This document shows, in pieces, positions 60,960 through 64,000 of a stretch of DNA of 64,000 nucleotides (positions are counted from its first letter, which is position 1; the number at the start of each line of letters is the position of its first letter). A program made the position numbers and the translations under genes. This stretch comes from Candidatus Kapaibacterium sp. (GTDB taxonomy: Bacteria > Bacteroidota > Ignavibacteria > Kapaibacteriales > UBA2268). The notes below the pieces were generated by a model that made no database searches, had not been told where the DNA came from, and saw only the letters and a list, made by a program, of their open reading frames with translations. Where the stretch lies: contig OY761611.1 of NCBI GenBank assembly GCA_963664875.1, positions 2,720,001-2,784,000 of the forward strand, in the 5' to 3' direction.

Positions 60960-60991
60960 AAGCACTTTCTATTTCAGGAAGTGCTTTTTTT
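60960..60991 (+). terminator. Intrinsic terminator
   Basis: AAGCACTT..AAGTGCTT followed by a T run. Confidence 0.8.
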
Positions 60992-61249
60992 AAACCTAAA
61001 CAGCTATATATGCATCTAATAAATTATTAGTGCTGTTGTTTAGGAGTTGTAATTGAAAAAATGACTAATCTGATTCAATATTCAGGTTTGCTCGATTTCA
61101 TGATAGGGAAGATTGACACTGTATAAATCTATACACTAACATTATGAAGCAAATTCAGAAATTACGAATTGTAATGATATTTCAATAACAACTGCTTTCG
61201 ATAGTCTTATACATATCTTACATTTACTCAATTACTATGGCTTTAGCTT

Positions 61250-62518
61250 ATGAATTATGTTTTTAGATGGGTTTGGTGTATTTTAATAATAATATTGCTA
61301 TATAGTAATATTGTTTATGCAGGAGGAGGTAAGCCAATCGGCGACATTCTTCCTGTAGGTAAGGCTTTGGAAATAGCTTTCGAAAAAAATAGAGATTTGA
61401 AGGCTTTAGAGGCTAAGATTAAATCTGCTGAGGCTTCATCTTTTGAGTATTTCCCTCTGTCTTCACCCTCAATCAGCATTATGGAAGAAGGTATTGAAGC
61501 AGGCAATTTTACCGAAAAGCAGATACGACTCAGTCAATCAATTGCTTCTCCTTTAACATGGATATACGGCAATATTTCTGTCTCAGAAAAAGTAGAAGCT
61601 GAAAAGCTCGCGTATGAGAATCTTAAGATTGCAATTAAGTCTAAAGTAAAAGAGGCTTATGCAGGTTTGTCATTCAATCTAAAATTGATTGATTTACGAA
61701 CTCGCCAAACTGCATTAGCAGATTCTTTGAGGCAGGTAGTTAACTATCGCGAAGAAGCCGGTGTTGCTACAGAACTCGAAGTGCTAAAATCAGAAATATT
61801 CTATCAGGAAGCTTTAAACGAACTAAATGATGTGAAAAAAGAGTATCATATAAGCCGTTACGCACTTTTCACAATTATTGGGCTCAATCCTGATGAACAA
61901 ACCTATCAAATAAGCTTCCCGGACACATTACAGTTTTTGGATTACGATATTAAACAAGCTGAAGCATTAGCAGCTTTGGACAATCATCCTGCAATTATGT
62001 CGCAACATCATATGTACCGCTCAGATATGGAAAAAGCCAATGCAGTAAGAGGCAAGTTGTTTCCCGAGTTTAATCTCAGTTGGTACAAACAGGATTTTGG
62101 CACAGGATATAATCAATACGGTTATGAAATTGGTATTTCAATACCACTATGGTATCCATTTACAGAAGCACGAGAAAACGAAGTGTATGAAATGAATGCT
62201 GAGCAGACCAAAAACAGCATGGAACAAACAGTACTAGAATTTAAAAAAAATATAGAATTTGCTTGGCACGGTTATCACGAAAGTCGGCAGAAAATAGAGC
62301 GATACGACAAACTCATACGAGAAAAATCGGAACTATTGCTTTCTCTCACTTTAGAGGCATACAAAGAAGGACAGATTAGCTTATTGGAACTGTTGGATTC
62401 TGAAAAGATGTATCTCTCAAACGAGATTAAATACTATAACGAACTTAGAGATTACTATTTGCATATCATAGAACTTGAAAAATATCTCGGTAAAGACCTT
62501 GTTTTTACCTCTAAATAG
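61250..62518 (+). CDS. TolC/CzcC-like outer membrane efflux protein
   Basis: OEP-like repeats (GISIPLW, EAYKEGQISLLELLDS); first gene of an RND operon. Confidence 0.88.
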   Translation: MNYVFRWVWCILIIILLYSNIVYAGGGKPIGDILPVGKALEIAFEKNRDLKALEAKIKSAEASSFEYFPLSSPSISIMEEGIEAGNFTEKQIRLSQSIASPLTWIYGNISVSEKVEAEKLAYENLKIAIKSKVKEAYAGLSFNLKLIDLRTRQTALADSLRQVVNYREEAGVATELEVLKSEIFYQEALNELNDVKKEYHISRYALFTIIGLNPDEQTYQISFPDTLQFLDYDIKQAEALAALDNHPAIMSQHHMYRSDMEKANAVRGKLFPEFNLSWYKQDFGTGYNQYGYEIGISIPLWYPFTEARENEVYEMNAEQTKNSMEQTVLEFKKNIEFAWHGYHESRQKIERYDKLIREKSELLLSLTLEAYKEGQISLLELLDSEKMYLSNEIKYYNELRDYYLHIIELEKYLGKDLVFTSK

Positions 62519-62528
62519 GAGTTAGCTA

Positions 62529-63686
62529 ATGAAGAAGATTTTGATTTTCACTCTGTTGATTGTCTTTGCTGCCTGTAGCGATAAGGAAGTAAAAGAAACA
62601 GTACAAACAGAAGATCCTGCACCTAAACCGGAAATATCTATCATTAAATTAGATGCAAAACAGGTTGCTGAAATTACTATTAATGTTGCGGCTGCTGAGA
62701 AAGGCACAGCTGAAATGAACATAATTGCTCCGGGGCAGGTATATCCTTCTCCTGATAAGATAGCTGTGGTAGCGGCTCCTCTTAGTGGAAGAGTCAAGAA
62801 GATTTATGTACATGAAGGTGATCAAATAGCAAAAGGCAATCCTCTTGTTGAAATTGAGAGTTTGGAATATGCTAATATGATAGCTGAGTATTTGCAATAC
62901 CGTGCCGAGCTCGACTATTCTCAAAGTCAGGTTGATAGATTAGAGCAGCTCTCAAGTAAGAAAATTAGCTCAAAAAGTGAATTTGAAAAAGCAAAAGCAG
63001 ATCTTGGCAGATTAAAAGCGCTATTAAGTGCTGCTAAGTCAAGACTTCTTGCTGTAGGTGTAAGCCAATCACAAATTGATAAATGGCTAAACGGCGACGC
63101 TCCTGAACCTGTAATTACAGTTAACTCTCCAATTAGTGGCTTTTTGAATGAACACCTTATTGATATGGGACAGGCAGTAGAAACTTACGAAAAACTGCTA
63201 ACTGTAATCAGCACAGACGAAGTAATGATAAAAGGTTACCTCTCTCCAAATGAGGGGAATGGTGTTTTTGTAGGCGATTCTGTTTCTATCATAAACAGAA
63301 AATACAAAGAGGGAGGCGGGTTAGCTTCTGTTGTCAAATCTATAAATCCTGCTCTGGATAACGAAAAGAAATCAATCATTGCAAACATTATAGTAAAAAC
63401 AAACGGCGGTTGCCCGATGCCCGGTCAGGCAGTGACTCTTAGCTTCCAATCAAGGACTCAAAGCGAAGTAATTACGATTCCGGCAGAAGCTATTATCTAT
63501 GATGGTAAAAATGCTGCAGTTTTTGTGCAGAAATCAGACTCTGAGTACGAAAAGAGATATATCGAAGTGCTTCGTTCAGACGATTCAAAAGCGATTGTAA
63601 CGGGTGTGAAAGAAGGTGAGAAAGTAGCAATCAATGAGCTCTTTACTCTGAAAGCTTTAAGTAGATACGAACAGTTTGCAGAGTAA
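62529..63686 (+). CDS. RND efflux membrane fusion protein (CzcB/CusB-like)
   Basis: Lipobox FAAC, APLSGRVKKIYVHEGD, SPISG and IPAEAII. Confidence 0.9.
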   Translation: MKKILIFTLLIVFAACSDKEVKETVQTEDPAPKPEISIIKLDAKQVAEITINVAAAEKGTAEMNIIAPGQVYPSPDKIAVVAAPLSGRVKKIYVHEGDQIAKGNPLVEIESLEYANMIAEYLQYRAELDYSQSQVDRLEQLSSKKISSKSEFEKAKADLGRLKALLSAAKSRLLAVGVSQSQIDKWLNGDAPEPVITVNSPISGFLNEHLIDMGQAVETYEKLLTVISTDEVMIKGYLSPNEGNGVFVGDSVSIINRKYKEGGGLASVVKSINPALDNEKKSIIANIIVKTNGGCPMPGQAVTLSFQSRTQSEVITIPAEAIIYDGKNAAVFVQKSDSEYEKRYIEVLRSDDSKAIVTGVKEGEKVAINELFTLKALSRYEQFAE

Positions 63687-63701
63687 TAGGGGGATAGAAA
63701 A

Positions 63702-64000
63702 TTGATCTTAGATAAATTAGTAGATTTTAGTTTCAGGCAAAAGGCTGTTGCTCTTTCATTAGTAATTCTGATGGGTATCGGCGGTTTCTTTGCTTTTGAA
63801 GAAATTCCTTTAAACTCTTTGCCGGATGTAACTCCTGTGCAGGTGCTTGTTATAACTAAAGCAGGTAGATACTCTCCTTACGATGTAGAAAAACTCGTCA
63901 GCTATCCGATTGAAAACGCAATGAACGGGCTTCCGGAAGTAAAAGAGGTTCGCTCAGTTTCTCAATTCGGTTTGTCAGCTGTTACAGTAGAGTTTGAAGA
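63702..64000 (+). CDS. CusA/CzcA heavy-metal RND permease (3'-truncated, not in ORF track)
   Basis: TTG start after GGGGGA; MILDKLVDFSF..IPLNSLPDVTPVQV..SPYDVEKLVSYPIENAMNGLP..RSVSQFGLSAVTVEFE. Confidence 0.9.
   Translation, partial: MILDKLVDFSFRQKAVALSLVILMGIGGFFAFEEIPLNSLPDVTPVQVLVITKAGRYSPYDVEKLVSYPIENAMNGLPEVKEVRSVSQFGLSAVTVEFE

Noticed and set aside
215-62924. Numerous short antisense or overlapping ORFs in the track
   Set aside because: They are shadows of well-supported genes and have no motifs of their own.
1-64000. CRISPR array, tRNA or rRNA genes
   Set aside because: No regularly spaced repeat-spacer array or recognisable tRNA/rRNA was seen by eye; no cas genes.

Overview
AT-rich bacterial chromosomal window, probably from the Bacteroidota/Chlorobiota/Ignavibacteria/Kapabacteria radiation. 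This is inferred from the pheT-zapA-6S-rny order, the TPR + TonB-receptor pair and a T9SS-type C-terminal domain. Most of it is housekeeping or transport: pheT, zapA, putative 6S RNA, rny, ppdK, purE, tex, rpmH-rnpA-yidD-yidC, ugd, tonB, GH51, GH57, mraY, accC, prolyl oligopeptidase and a heavy-metal RND efflux operon. The most unusual signal is a dispersed polymorphic-toxin cassette system. The Rhs core-tail motif (LFEAFPGYSPYSYGYNNP..DPSGLAPEK) occurs four times, with no full Rhs gene and no recognisable recombinase in the window. Twice it heads an orphan toxin-tip plus lipoprotein island (about 29.9-32.5 kb on the minus strand and 44.2-49.1 kb on the plus strand, sharing 79 identical bp). 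Twice it is a short stub fused behind the same terminator hairpin (49.06 and 57.53 kb). The right island contains HELGH metallopeptidase tips, fused, split and duplicated two-domain lipoprotein partners, and an IS1380-type insertion. A second notable item is a 1259-aa coiled-coil protein at the position where a small ZapB-like gene is expected. All alignments and counts were done by eye; no database searches were run.
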